Shown in pieces: positions 24,111-37,700 of a DNA stretch of 64,000 bases. Below the pieces are notes generated by a model. The model ran no database searches. It was not told the origin of the DNA and saw only the letters and a list, made by a program, of their open reading frames with translations. The DNA is from Lytechinus pictus (Eukaryota), in contig NC_087250.1 of the NCBI RefSeq assembly GCF_037042905.1, forward strand, positions 12,278,001 to 12,342,000, in the 5' to 3' direction. Within the stretch, counting starts at the first letter, position 1. Each line of letters begins with the position of its first letter. The position numbers and the translations under genes are program-made.

Positions 24111-27100
24111 TGGACATATCAATGACAATTCCTTGCATATCTAAAAACATGATTGCAAAAAAATGCCAAAATATTTCAGTCATCCCCCCCACCCATCAAC
24201 ACGGATTTACGCCAGTGGTATATAGCATAATGTCGTATGAAAGTCTATCATAAACTTGCTAAATCTCCAAAGGCTCTGTCCAAGAGTCAAGACCCCGTGC
24301 AGTGGGGGCTCTTCATCTGTAACCTTTAATGGGTTCTATAACGGGCCCCTATATGGACCCTGGCGTACTTTAATGGGTTCTATAACGGGCCCCTATATGG
24401 ACCCTGGCGTACCGGGGGGTGGTTCCACAGCCAAGGGGAAATAAAAGAAAATAAAGGAGGCAGCGAAATGAGATAAATGAAAAAAAATATATGACATGAT
24501 ATTTGCTATAATGATGTAAAAATCTATCACATAATTAGAATTTCATTTTAACAGGCCATTTTTTTTCCGGCTCGCTTCGCTCGCTGGTGACTTTTTACAA
24601 ATTTTCACACATTTGCTATGGTGTGCCCCTCACAATATTTGGATGATTACGATACACAACTGCATTGAATTTATGTGTTGTGTTAAAGCTATATAAATAT
24701 ACACGCAATTTGATTAAAATAAGTGGCCATCTGTAAGGTTCAAAATGGCTTTGATATCAAGAGGTTCCGGGGCTCTGCCCTGGACCCCACCCATAAAGCA
24801 CTGTTATATAGATGAGTTTGGACCATGGCCCCCAAAAGTTCTACAACCAAACAAAAAAAAATGAGGAAAGAAAGGAAAGTGTATTATATTTTACTGAATA
24901 TCACGTTAAAATCTATCTTCATGTTAGATTCTCATGAAAAGGTGATTTTTTTTATCTCGCTCGCTTCGCTATCTCGGGACCTATATCAAGCTATTTATTG
25001 CCAGAAGCGCCATACTCGGCCCCCTCGAGCATATAGAGCTTCGCCCTGATGCTCACAATCATAACAAAAATCCTGTTCACCGTGGCGTACAAAAAAAGAG
25101 AGAAAAAAGGAAAGAGAGGAGGGTGAAATATGATATCATCTTTTTAACATTATGTCAAAATCTATCACAAAATTTGATTTTTGCAATAAAAATGTCAAAA
25201 ATTTTTGCTCGCTCGCTTCGCTCGCTTTTATATATATATATTTGCCCGGTACGCCATATCACCCCCTCAAAATTTTTGCCTTATGACGCCATTGCCTGTT
25301 CCATGATATGACCGGGAAATTTTTGGCTCTTGCCCCCCCTGGCCACCAACCCCTGTTACGCCGCTGGTGTTGGCTGCTGTGCAAACCTCTTACTCGAAGG
25401 AAAGTGTTAATTTACAGCTAAATGTCTCTCAAAATGTCTTATTTACAGAAATTCCCTCTCTGATTCGTTGAAACGTCAAGATTGTTTTGTGTTAGTCTTG
25501 AAAGTAGACCCAGATGTTGATAAAAAGCAATACGGGTCTGTGCCTGTAGACTAGGTGAAGGAAGCTGTGATAGAGACCGATCACCAATTTTGATCAACCG
25601 TTGTTTAATAATTCAACGGGAATCTTAATCATGCTCATTAACCGCCGATTTCTACAAAACTCGTGGTCCAGAAAAGGTCATCCATGCTTCTCGCATGAAT
25701 CTGACAGAATAACTGATGAGGAAGTGATAGAGACAGACAATCAGAGAGAGAGAGAGAGAAAGGGGGAGAGAGGCAGGGAACTGGAAATGAAGATGCACAG
25801 AGATAGCACGAGAAGAGAGGGAAAGACGGAGAGAGTGAGAAAGATAGATAGATGGAGAGAGATAAGGGTGCGAGGATGAGTTTAATGGAGTGAAGCCAGA
25901 GTGTGTGCGCGGGGAAAAAATTGCTCAAGCGAGTGTGTGTGTGTGTGCGTATAATGAAGTGTGCGTTTTTGAGTGGGCAGATTGTGTACGCGTGGGGAAG
26001 AGATAAAAAGAGTGAGAGAGCATGAAGAGAGAGAGTGAGAAAAATGTGAAGAGATAAGGGAGTGAGAACGAATTAAGGAGTTCAAAGTGGGTGTACGTGT
26101 GCGTGGAGAAGACAAAAATTGCTCAAGCGAGTGACAATTACAACGTTTTTAAAAAATATATTTTATATATATATTTTTTTTATTATGTCACCCGACATGG
26201 GTACTATTGGAGAAAACCATTAATTCACATTTACAATAAGAACAATAATTTTTACAGTCTCATATGCAGGTTTTACACTAATTCAAATTCAGTAAAATAG
26301 GTATATGAAAAATATAAATGAATGAATAAAATACAAAAAAAAAATGAAATAAGAAAAAACAAATAAAACATGAAAATAAAACATATACAATAAAATCATT
26401 CAATTAACGAAAAGTGTGAGTGTGCAGGCGTGTGCTCGTTCTTTGAAGGGTGCGTTTGTGTGAGGACAGGCATGATTGTGTACTTGTGTATAAAAGATAC
26501 TACTCGTAGTAGAAAGACGGAGAGAGGGAGAGAGAATATGTGTGTGTGTGTGTGTGTGTGTGAGAAAAAGGGATGGTTAATGTTACAATGAGAAGAAATT
26601 GGGAAAGGGGAGAGAGTGGTTTGGAGGGGGAGACAGGAGCAGCGAAAACAAAACAGGGGGATGAAAATATTTAAAGAATAAACGTTTTAAAAAAGGATTT
26701 TAAGAAAATTCTCATACAAAATTACATGTACATTATCAGCCCCATTTTATTTTATTTTTTTTGTTAAAATGTATGTTTTGTTATGTCTTTTTAGAGTTTG
26801 TAAGGTTTGTTAAATGTTCAATTTATCTGTATTTGTACCATCTTGTCTGTAGTATTTATTTTCATATGTTCTTTTAAATTACTCGGTTTTATTTTGGTGG
26901 CAGCATTTAATAACAACCCAATATTCTTCCAAGCTGTCTCCACATTCTATTTTATTGTATATACATATATGTATGTTTACTTTGTAATTGTTTTTAATTT
27001 TGAATAACATAAATTGAAAATGAATTGAATTGAATAAAAAGGGAGAAGAAGAACGAGTAGGAGAGCTAGGAAGCAAATGAGAAGGGACTAGGTTAAACAT

Positions 27101-30100
27101 GACGGGAGGAGAGAGAGGGAAAAAGAGGGAAACGAGTGAGAGACAGAGAAAGTTGTCGAGTTAAACGGTGGAATGGCAACTCAAATCGGACAAAGGCTCA
27201 AGGATTCCTTTGCCATTCCACATCCATCGCGAAATGAATTAATCCCGTTTTAATAAACCGAATTAACAAAATCACAATGGCCTTTCATATACTCGGTATT
27301 ATTGAGCATATGGCATCGTGAGCCTCCCAATGATCTATTGCAGTGGGACCTGTTGTGGGTGCTTGGTTGTCATGGCAATACGAAGCCCATGGGGGAAGGA
27401 AGCAATGAATGATGCGTGCTGATGTACGTCATTATTTTACATATTTGTGATTAAAATGAACCCCAAAATGGGTTTTACATTATTTTTTCCTTGACAATGC
27501 GTGAACTATCATATTAACGAGTGCATGATGTAAAGATTGCATTGGGTGGACATGTTTAGTTCAGAAGCCGGTCATATAACTCGAACATAGATATTTCAAG
27601 TGGGGCAGAAGTTCAGGGGTGGAGTAGTTATTAATGATTTATACGAATTCTACCTCAGTTATTTGAATTTTGAAAAAAACAAATCTACTCCGACCCACAT
27701 TATTATTACTATCCGATCTCTAGCTTCAGGTGCCATTTCCATCGCTGTGTTGATAATACATTTTATCCAACCGGATGCTCCACCTAGCTTATGTACAGCA
27801 CAGTCGTGGCAGTATGGATTATTTCACTGCTGAAGATAAATGCACTTTGGCTGGGATTCGAATCAAAGACGGGTATAAGAGCAACTCGATCACGACTCCC
27901 CACATCAGTATATAAGCCCTCCGTCGTCTTCGTCGATATACACTCCTATAATGAGTGTCTATAGCAACATGATCAGGCCCTGTTTATACTAAAGCAGTAG
28001 GGAGTTTTGGCTCGACGGATTCAGGATAATAGGAAATGTATTGTCAGATGACCTTCATTACAAAGCACAAAGAGGGCCAAGAAGTCTTTGTCGAAAATTG
28101 GTCAATCAAAACAGCAGTTTCATCCTGGACTTTGGACAAGCGACATATTTTGCAATTTTCCGTCAGCTCCGAAACTTGAGCCCGAAACTGCTCTACCGGT
28201 TCACCAATTTTCGACAAAGACCTCCCAGCTGTCCATTGTCATTGGTGGGCATTTTCAATAGGTTTACTGTGTTTTTGAACCCGTCGTGCGTCTCGGAGCA
28301 AAACCCCCATTAGAAGTCGAATAGATCCTGAACTTTTCTTTCGAGTAATCCATGCATGAATATTTAAAAAAAAAATGTCGGGTGTGGGTTTTTGGTGGAG
28401 TTAATTTGAACTGGTCAGGAGTTAATTAGAACTTGAAATATTTATTAGTTGTCTCTCGATTCGGTAATTATTCCAGATGGTATAATTTCCTTACGAAACC
28501 GTGATAGAAGAGGCACTTAAAAAAATGTATGGAATTATTCTCGTATAGTCCTAAATATGCAAACAACCGTTCTATGTTCCTTGTATTTGCAATTCTCTAT
28601 ATGTAATGCAAATAGTGCCGCTGCCACGATCTACGGCTCCTGAATTATTTATGATAAGAACCGCAGCGAAATTTTGTAGGGCAATTATGCTAATCAGTCT
28701 CTGAATTGCTCTTAACATTGAAGTAGAAAGAATCAGGTCGTATAATTCATGTCCCGTGAATTTCAATTTCCTTTCCCCAGGTAGATATAGATATATGTTT
28801 CAATTAAGTATTTCATTTTCAATCACGAATAACTATGTTGAGCAAAAAAAAAAAGCCCAGCAAAACACGTCTGAAATTGTTCAGGTTTTGAAATGTGAAT
28901 TTTATTCGACTGATGTTCGGAAAGTGCATAATAGTACGTGGTGACCTTGATTAGTTATTTTATTTAATGATCATTATATCATTAATGTTTTATATCGTGA
29001 GGATAACAATTTTTAAATTCCTTTCTGTAACCTTTAAATCCTACCTAGTTCTGGCAGTGGTGCCCTTTCTTGATTATTTCCCTTAAAGTCTTAAACGTAC
29101 ATGACCCGCCGATCCAGGTTTTTTTTTTTTTTTTTTTTTTGGCTGGTTGATTTTTAAGAGAGTGCTTACTGCCAGAATAAATGACACGTTCCCCTCCCCC
29201 CCCCAAAGGGTAATAGCTCAAAATGATTTTTTTTTGCGAGGTGCGCCATTCTCTTTTCCAAATTTTTACGGTGGCGCACGCACCCCCTGGATCCGCGCTT
29301 CAACATTATCTCCTGAATCATTCGTCCCATATTCCATATACTAAAGAAATATGTAAAATATATACATTAAGATTTTAAAAGGTGAAAACAGGAGTATGGT
29401 TGAGTGCCTTATTTTTTTTTTTTTTTTTTTTTTGGGGGGGTTTAGTTTAAGGCATATCATATACATGTACTATACTCTTAGAATAGTTGGGCAAAATTTT
29501 TAACCAACCCTGGGCAACATATCTATATATACTGTCCACACAACTATTGGTTAAAGTCTGTCCGAATTGGGTTATAAAAAGCTAATAATTGGGTAATGAA
29601 TTTGTTCAATTGGATAATAATTGCCCAGAATATATATATACTGTATATATATTTTACCAACATACATTACCAAACACAGTGGACAGTATGTTGCCCAACA
29701 TTTTAAATGTTGAAAATATTGAATTCCTGCGTTAAATACCGAGACCAGTTAGGGCAATTCAGATTTGAACGAGATAATACGCCTCCTCTGCGATTTATGG
29801 CCTATGAAGTCTCTGAGTGCAGTAAAATGTGATATCGACCTGATATATCAACAAGATATGCTGCTTGACTGACTTCATGATGGATCACTCATTAGTTATT
29901 TATTAATATAACACGCGCTTGGGTCAACCCATGAAGCATCCATAAAATTCATATTTATAAATACATGCATATTTGGATAGATCTTGAGTGAAATGGGATA
30001 TAAATATATGAATTTAATTATTTATTAATAGTGCCCCCAAGAAAAAAAATAAAGAGAGATAAAAGGGAAATCATGCAGACACATTCACTATATCTGTGAA

Positions 30101-31567
30101 TTTAAAATCATTTGAATTCTCTGCAGTGGACATAAGGGTAGTGTATGAAAAGGAATAGGGTTGATATATCCGGTCACTTTAAAATTTTTAAGAACAGTTT
30201 AATAATAATTTTCAGGTGCAATGTTTTACGGGCTTCATTTTCAAAACATTCAGGGAGACAGGCCACTGATGACCCCTATTTAAACAGCTTAGATTTTAAT
30301 AAGTCAAATCAATGTTAACCAATTGCCTTAAATTGGTAATTATTAGCATAAATTATAGGCCTAAGTCTGACATTAAATGAAGATGAAATATATTTTCAAT
30401 CTTATGTTAATCTAATTTATGCGCACCTTATCATCACTTAGGTTCGATTGAAGAGACAGTAGGTCTATTCATAAAATCTTCACGGTTTTTTGAAATTTTC
30501 AACATCCATTGTAGCATGTCTGTGTGCGAGGCGTGTGTGTGAGGGTATGTGTGCGTGTTTTCCAGTGGTCCATTCCTTACAAGTTTTCAATCTTCTTTTA
30601 GACTCCTTTTCTAAATAAATCCTGAATGCAAGATAAAATTCATTCTTTATGTAGTATATGTATATACGTTATATTTATATTTTTTAAACTTAAGTAAGTA
30701 GACTGGACTAAAATCAATGAACTACAATAAAATATAAATACCAGTTGTGGTAACGATCTCAAAATTAGTTCAAACAGGATCCCATAAAATGACCACCCAT
30801 TCATAAATAAAAATAGGTACACTCTAAAAAAGGTTTACCCAATATTGGGTAAAATGGGAACATGCATGTTGGTTGGGTAAAAAAATACCCAATATTTTGT
30901 TAATTTTACGCAATGTTGCGTTGATATAGCACAATACGCGGGGTAAGAAAAATACCCAGCAAACATGGATGTTCCCTTTTACCCAATATTGGGTAAAATT
31001 GTACTCTGGAGAAAAAATGTGTCATTGCTGAGAAATCAGCAAAATAAGCACAGAATTCCATAAAATGTTGGGTATTTTCCCAAGCAATATAAATACACTA
31101 TCCCACATATGCTTTTTGTGTTAGTTATCAGAATTTTCGGTTTTCAGCTTAGATTTCATGATTTCACAAAGATGGGTTGATTTCAATGTCCCAGATCTAG
31201 ATGTACATATATGACGATACACTGTAAAATATATTAGGTAAAAATTCAACTATATAGGACGATTGTAAATGTGTGTCCAACCAATTTGGGCAGTATCATA
31301 CCCAATGCGGGAAGCATAATGTCCAGTAAAGTTAATAATATTCAGCAATTACTTTAGAATGGGTAAAATCTTCATCACAATGGATAAATGAAAATGCCCA
31401 ATTTTGGTTGGACACATAATTACCCTCAATGAGCATTTTTAACCCAATATATTTTTAGAGTGTGGTAATTAACCTTGATTTTAAAAGCCTTGTCATGAAA
31501 TAACTGTTTGCTGTAATTACCTTTTTTTACCTTTAACTAAATCTATTTTGTTTCTCATACAATGCAG

Positions 31568-31705
31568 ATATGACGAGCTCTACGAGCTCTGGCAGAAGCT
31601 TCGACATGATGAACCAGAACTTCTTGTCACATTCCAGAACTTCCTCAGGAAAGCAGTTTTAGAGATCAATAAAATCAATGACACTTGTGATAATGCCGTA
31701 AGAAG
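31568..31705 (+). CDS. Large-Rab gene exon ([45 protein letters not shown])
   Basis: Acceptor ...catacaatgcag, donor AG|gtaaga; phase 2 in and out; resembles the CRACR2A segment LWxxLxxEEPxLLxxFExFL. Confidence 0.85.
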
Positions 31706-34700
31706 GTAAGAAAATGCAATTGGTACATGGCCATGGGAAGCGGAGGTGCTGGGGGATCTGAAGCACCCTCAAGATCGCAACACCCCCTTAAAATATGGTG
31801 GGACTGCTCCAATGTATATCAATTTTCAATTTCAATTTATTACATGTTCAACAGAACAAAGTAAAGTGGTCGAAAAAATCACAATGAACTTATACAGACA
31901 ATATAAATTGAGGCATGTACAATATACGATATTTGTTTATAAGTAAAACAAAACAGAGTAGTATATAAAGCAAATTATTATAATTATTATAAAATAAAGT
32001 TCTGAGAAAATGGAGAGATCCACTAAAGAGCAGTGCTTGTATTGTGCGGACCCCTCTATATATCTGACACAAATCAGTTTCATTTGAGGGGGGGTCTTCA
32101 CTTTTTTTAAATTATTTTTGTTAGCAAAATATCCTTGATTACAATGATTTCTTTTTTCAGAATTTGCTTCTCGAACCGCTTTTAAAGGAATTATCACCCC
32201 GTCTTTCAATATCCGATTTCATAGCCCCTACATGGGTGGTGTTCTCAAAGCAATGTTTTAGTTAACTCTTTGTTAACCCACTGCCAACCTGAACCCGGTT
32301 GTCTCTGTACAAAGCCTATGGCGGTCGCACAATTCAGTTGTCAAACTCATACCATTTTTATCATGTTTATGGGGTGCCAGTTGTGAGTCATTAATAATAA
32401 TAATAGTAATAATACATTGTATTTATATAGCGCTTAATACCGTTGGTGTTTCGAAGCGCTTTTCAAAGCGATTAAGTAGCATACATTAAAGTAATTGAAC
32501 ATTTAACAAACAAGAAAGGAAATGTACAGTGTAAAGTATTATCATATTACAAATTACAAATTATGTAAGAAAACAGCCTAGTCAAGTTGGAAAATACAAA
32601 ATAATGATAATTATAACGCATGACGTTTATTCACCAGATGAAAATTATCGTAATCTTAGGGCATTTAAAAAGAGAAGGGAAACAGTCAAGATTCTTCACC
32701 CGACCGGGCGAGTGGGGTGATCACCTGTGTGGGAGACAGGAACTTTCATGAATTATTCATGAGCACCCTCCGTCACCCCGAAAGGCGTACAAATTCGATT
32801 GCACTTGTTTTATGTGCAGTGTACAGACAGGTTTTGTCCGTAGTTAGCAACGATAAACTGCCGATTCGTATATTGTCAACTCGTCTACTCATCACACGGT
32901 CTATCTTCATTTAGTCTAATGCCATTACGTCCATCAACATAATTATCGTCTAACAGTCATTTGGTCCAATAACCATTTTGGGTCCAATAATTACTTCGTC
33001 TAATCACAAGTTCGTCTATGACCATTTCATCTCATAACCAGATGGTATAATACCCATTTTCCTTTCCCTAATTTCGTCCAATGAACTCTAAGTCCAATTA
33101 AGCCAAATGGCATATGGACCTAATGGCTCTTGCACCAACTGGTTATTAGATGAAATGATGAGTGGACGAAATTACAAATGTGGATAGTGGACGAACTGAT
33201 GGTGAAAAGACGAGTATAGGTTATTGGACGAATTGGCATTAGACCAATTGGAAATAAACGGTAAGCAACTACAAAGAGTGCTTCTCGACGAAAAAAAAGC
33301 AAATAAAGCGGACTATCAAGTATATTTAATGCCCGCTGTGAACCCTCGCTTATGTATTGATTTTTGCGTCATTTCTGGATGCCCCGAAAACCTGAATATG
33401 TCAAAACACGAATAGCGAATTTAGGAGAAAACAAAAATACGCACCTATTTGTGGAACCTGTATTCGAAAAACCTAGATAAAAATTGCTTACAGTTCGCAT
33501 AAATACGTTTTACCCTTTTCCCCGGAGGCGTATAAGCCTCTATATTTTGATAGCATGCAGTGAACGCCAAAGTATATGACATTTATACATGTACTTTATA
33601 ATAGGTTTCTTTAAAGAGGTTATTACGGAGGTTTTGAACTGCGATGCAGAATCAATCCTAGAACGCAGCAAATGTATTGCAAATGCAAATCGAATCATAA
33701 TGAAAACAAGTGAGGTCTTTGTCGAAAAATGGTGCATCGGAACAGAGCACTTTCGGCCAACGTTTCGGAGCTGACGAAAAATTGAAAATGTTTCCTCTGT
33801 CCAGAGTCACGAACGGAACAGCTGCTTTAATTCACGAACCCTCGACAGAGACTCACTACCATGAAGTGCTTTTGACAATAGCTTCTCTACTTTCCAGACA
33901 AAAGTTTGCGTAGCTTTTGCGCAAAATTCCCTATTGAAATTTGATTCTATGCAATAATGCCACTCCAACTCGAATATTAAAAATCTTAAGAAAATGTGGG
34001 AAATTTCAGGGAAGTAAGAAATACGAAATGATTTTAGGGGAACCTGATAATCACAGGGGGGGGGGGGGCACGCGTATTAACAAAACATTTCCCCTATGCT
34101 ATGTAATAGATTTAATATTTAGCAGATTTTATTCTTTTTTTTACGTCGCAAACTGTTTTAGATTAGGACTAGGCATCTATACTAAAACAAAAGAAAAAAA
34201 AAATTTCACGTCGCTCGACCTACTATAAAATATACCGAAAACTAATCAACGCATGTTAGATTTCATAAAGGTAGCCAAATTCTTGAAAATTTGATTGATT
34301 TGGGGGTTGTTTTCCCAGCAGTTAATGTTTGAGTCATAGAAACATTGCTCCAATTCATGTTTACTGAATCCCAGCTTTGGCACCAATAATGATAATAATA
34401 ATGACGATGATAATAATAACATTTTATTTACCCAGATTAGCCACTTCAGTTAGGAAACTGCTATACCAGCGGACCCTGCATAGCATTACCCTTCTCCAAT
34501 CTAAATGCTGAGCGCCTAGCAAGAAGGTAGAATGTCCCATTTTTATAAGTCTTTGGTATGACTCGGCCGAGGATCGAACCCACGACCTCCCGTCCATGAG
34601 GCGGACACTCTACCACTGAGCCAATATACCCGGTTAATAACTAAAATCAACATTGACAGTAATAATTTGTTAACAGATTATTTTTGTAATATGGGACAAA

Positions 34701-37700
34701 TTTTTTCAGGTTTCTCTCGGAATAACGTCAAATTGGGCTCGGTTATAATAATTTTGATAACAATTATACTTGCTTATCGAGCGCCTTACATCGAAAGTCT
34801 CTTGGCGCTCTACAGTAATGCAGTATAGTTACGCAGCATAATTCGTAATGACAGTACGGATTATGCTATTTCGTCGTATTAATGTTATGTCTTAAAGCAT
34901 TCCTTCAGTAATAATTTTTTTTTTATTGATATTCAGTAAAAATGGTATCCATGCCGATGACATGAGGAGACTGTATGAAGAAATGGAACAATTACTTACA
35001 CAAGAACGAGATACACTCAGGAGAAAGGTATGTAATCTATTCAACCCAGGGGCGGATCCGGGATTTTCCAAGAGGGGTGCACATGCACATTCCCAAGGAA
35101 ACTTGACAAGGGAAAAAAAAAATCATTCCAATAAAAAAAAAATTTGTGATTCTCAAGGGTGGGGGGGGGGGGAGGCATACTTGGGTATGAACAACATATT
35201 TACTTTAAAAGTTAATATGTCGTTCATACACAAGTGTGCCCCCCCCCTTGAGAATCACAACTATATGTATTGACTATGACTCTCAACGGGGGGGGGGGGG
35301 GGCACGGGCCGGAAATGCCCCCCCCCCCTCTCCTTGGATCCGCCACTGATTCAACCTGTAAGAGCCTCTGTCGACAGTTGGTGAATTGGGGACCGTTTCA
35401 TGAAAGGACTTGTCGAACGTTTTATCCGACAATTACCACAGTTACGGTGACTATCAGCCAATCAGAATCAAGGAAAGTTGTCAGATGTGACAACTTGTCG
35501 GACAAACATGGTGATGAAACGCTCCCCAGTGCCCCGTAACACAAAGCTTAGCAATGATCGTAAATCATTTTTCTACGATTGATTCCATTGACTACAATGT
35601 ACGATCAATCAATCGTGAAAATCAAGCTTACGATCAATCGCTAACCATTGTGTTACGGGCCCCAGGTGAACCAGAACACCAGTTTGGTCCTAAGTTTCGG
35701 AGCTGACGAAAAATTGCAAATATGTGGTTTGTCCAAGACCGTGGATGAAACTGCTATTTTGATTCACCAAAGTTCGACAAAGGCTCTTTGGATGTTCATT
35801 GTCATGAGGGGCACTTGGCATTAATTGGTTTATGTTCTAGAAACCGCCATGCATTGTTTGAGCGAAAACCCATAGCTCCTAGAACCTGGGCTCCGTAACA
35901 CACAGGTTTGCGATGAATTGCAAATATGAAAGAACCGCACTCATTGGCTCCCAGTCAGTATTTTTAAACAGAGTGCGCATGCAACGATGATCTTGATTGG
36001 TCATTGGTATTTAGCGATTGATTGCAAACCTTTGTGTTACGGAGCCCAGGAGGTGTATGTAGTTCAATGCCTTGTGGTTTGCATTCTTTACCTTATCGTA
36101 TATATCGTATCGTATTTTGCTTTTAAAAGTATATACAGTTGTTTAAAAAAAGTTTAAACAGTAGTTGTTAGAGCGACGGGCTTAAAAAACGTGTTTAAAA
36201 ATTAATGTTAACCAGCATATTTATTTACATTGAGTATTGGGTAAAATGGGAACATGCGGCATGTTGGATGGGTACAAAAATACCAAATATATTGTAAATT
36301 TTATGCAATGTTCCGTTGAAATTTACCCTTAAAACATGCATTTAGCCCAATATAGGGTAAAAAAACATCGAGGGTTCAATCCCCAACAAAGTTATTACAA
36401 AAATTGACCTTTTGCATTCTAGTCAGGCGCAGGACGTTTTAAAACGCAGAATGGTTATAATAATTATAATTATGTTATGCAAGGTCCGCTGGGAGAAAAT
36501 TTCTAAAGATGTTTGTTTCTTTCTTTCATTTGACGCAGTATCGACAAGAGATGGAGATGGAACTAGAAAGACTGATGGATGAAAAAGATCAGGAAGTTCA
36601 CGATCTCATAGTTAGAAAACGAGAGGTGAGGTGTGATGGAATATTTCATCTACATTTTTTTTTAAATGGTTGATTTTGATAAAACATTCATTGAGTACCG
36701 CATTGGTCTAATGCTAATTCGTCCAACTACCAACTCGTCTACTATCATTTGGTCTGCCATCAGTTCATAGTTAGAAAACGAGAGGTGAGGTGTGATGGAA
36801 TATTTCATCTACATTTTTTTTTAATTGGTTGATTTTGATAAAACATTCATTGAGTACCGCATTGGTCTAATGCTAATTCGTCCAACTACCAACTCGTCTA
36901 CTATCAGTTGGTCTGCCATCAGTTCGTCCACTATTCGCATGGCCTAATTGCCATTTCGTCCACTCACCATTTCGTCTGATAACCAGTTGATCTAATAGCC
37001 ATTCAGTCCATATACCATTTGGTCTAATTGGACTAAGTCTTAATTGGGCAAAATTGATGAAAATAAAATTGGCTTCAGACAAACTGTTTATGAGACGAAA
37101 TTGTCAAAGACGGATTGGTGATTAGACGAAGTGATTACCGGACATCATGATTATTGGACCAAATGGTTGTTAGACGAACTGTTGATGGACGAAATGGAAT
37201 TAGACTAAATGAAGGTAAAAATGTGATGAGTGGACGAGTTGGCAATAGACGAATAGGCAATTTACCTATGCAATGTCGATCCATGCTTATGCAAAATCTA
37301 TTCCCCCCAAATTATGGTGTACTAAAATGATCGTTCTTTATGTTGCTCGCTCGTTCAGAGCTTAAACAAAAAAATTGCTCCATTTGTTACATCTAGCACC
37401 CTCAAAATTGTCATCTCATTACACTACTGATGTACTTGGATTCTCAATTAATCGGCCTAATTTCCCCCCTCCCTTAAAAAAAGAAGAACGCTTTCCATAT
37501 ATACACAACAAAAAAAGTAAGTCCCCCCTAAATCAAATTGCTGTAACTTTTGAACGGAATTATTTTGAGATATGATATTCCGTCGGTGGTTTTCTATACT
37601 CATTAAGCAACTCCTGTGGGAAAATATGATTGATCGGTTGAGTCATGCATGAGTAATTAAAGATTGAATTAAAAATGACCATTTTTGAAAGTCACAAGAG

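Larger units (their letters stand above)
22566..24217. mobile_element. Non-autonomous hAT-like element (nest level 2)
   Basis: Perfect TIR CACTGGCGTAAATCC; 8-bp TSD GTATATAG at 22558-22565 and 24218-24225. Confidence 0.88.
22064..25366. mobile_element. Non-autonomous hAT-like element (outermost of the nest)
   Basis: TIR CAGTGGCGTAACAGG / CCTGTTACGCCGCTG; 8-bp TSD GTGTTGGC at 22056-22063 and 25367-25374. Confidence 0.85.

Noticed and set aside
25449..25555. Possible exon after ttatttacag (NSLSDSLKRQDCFVLVLKVDPDVDKKQYG)
   Set aside because: Weak donor and no similarity to an EF-hand or other expected N-terminal sequence
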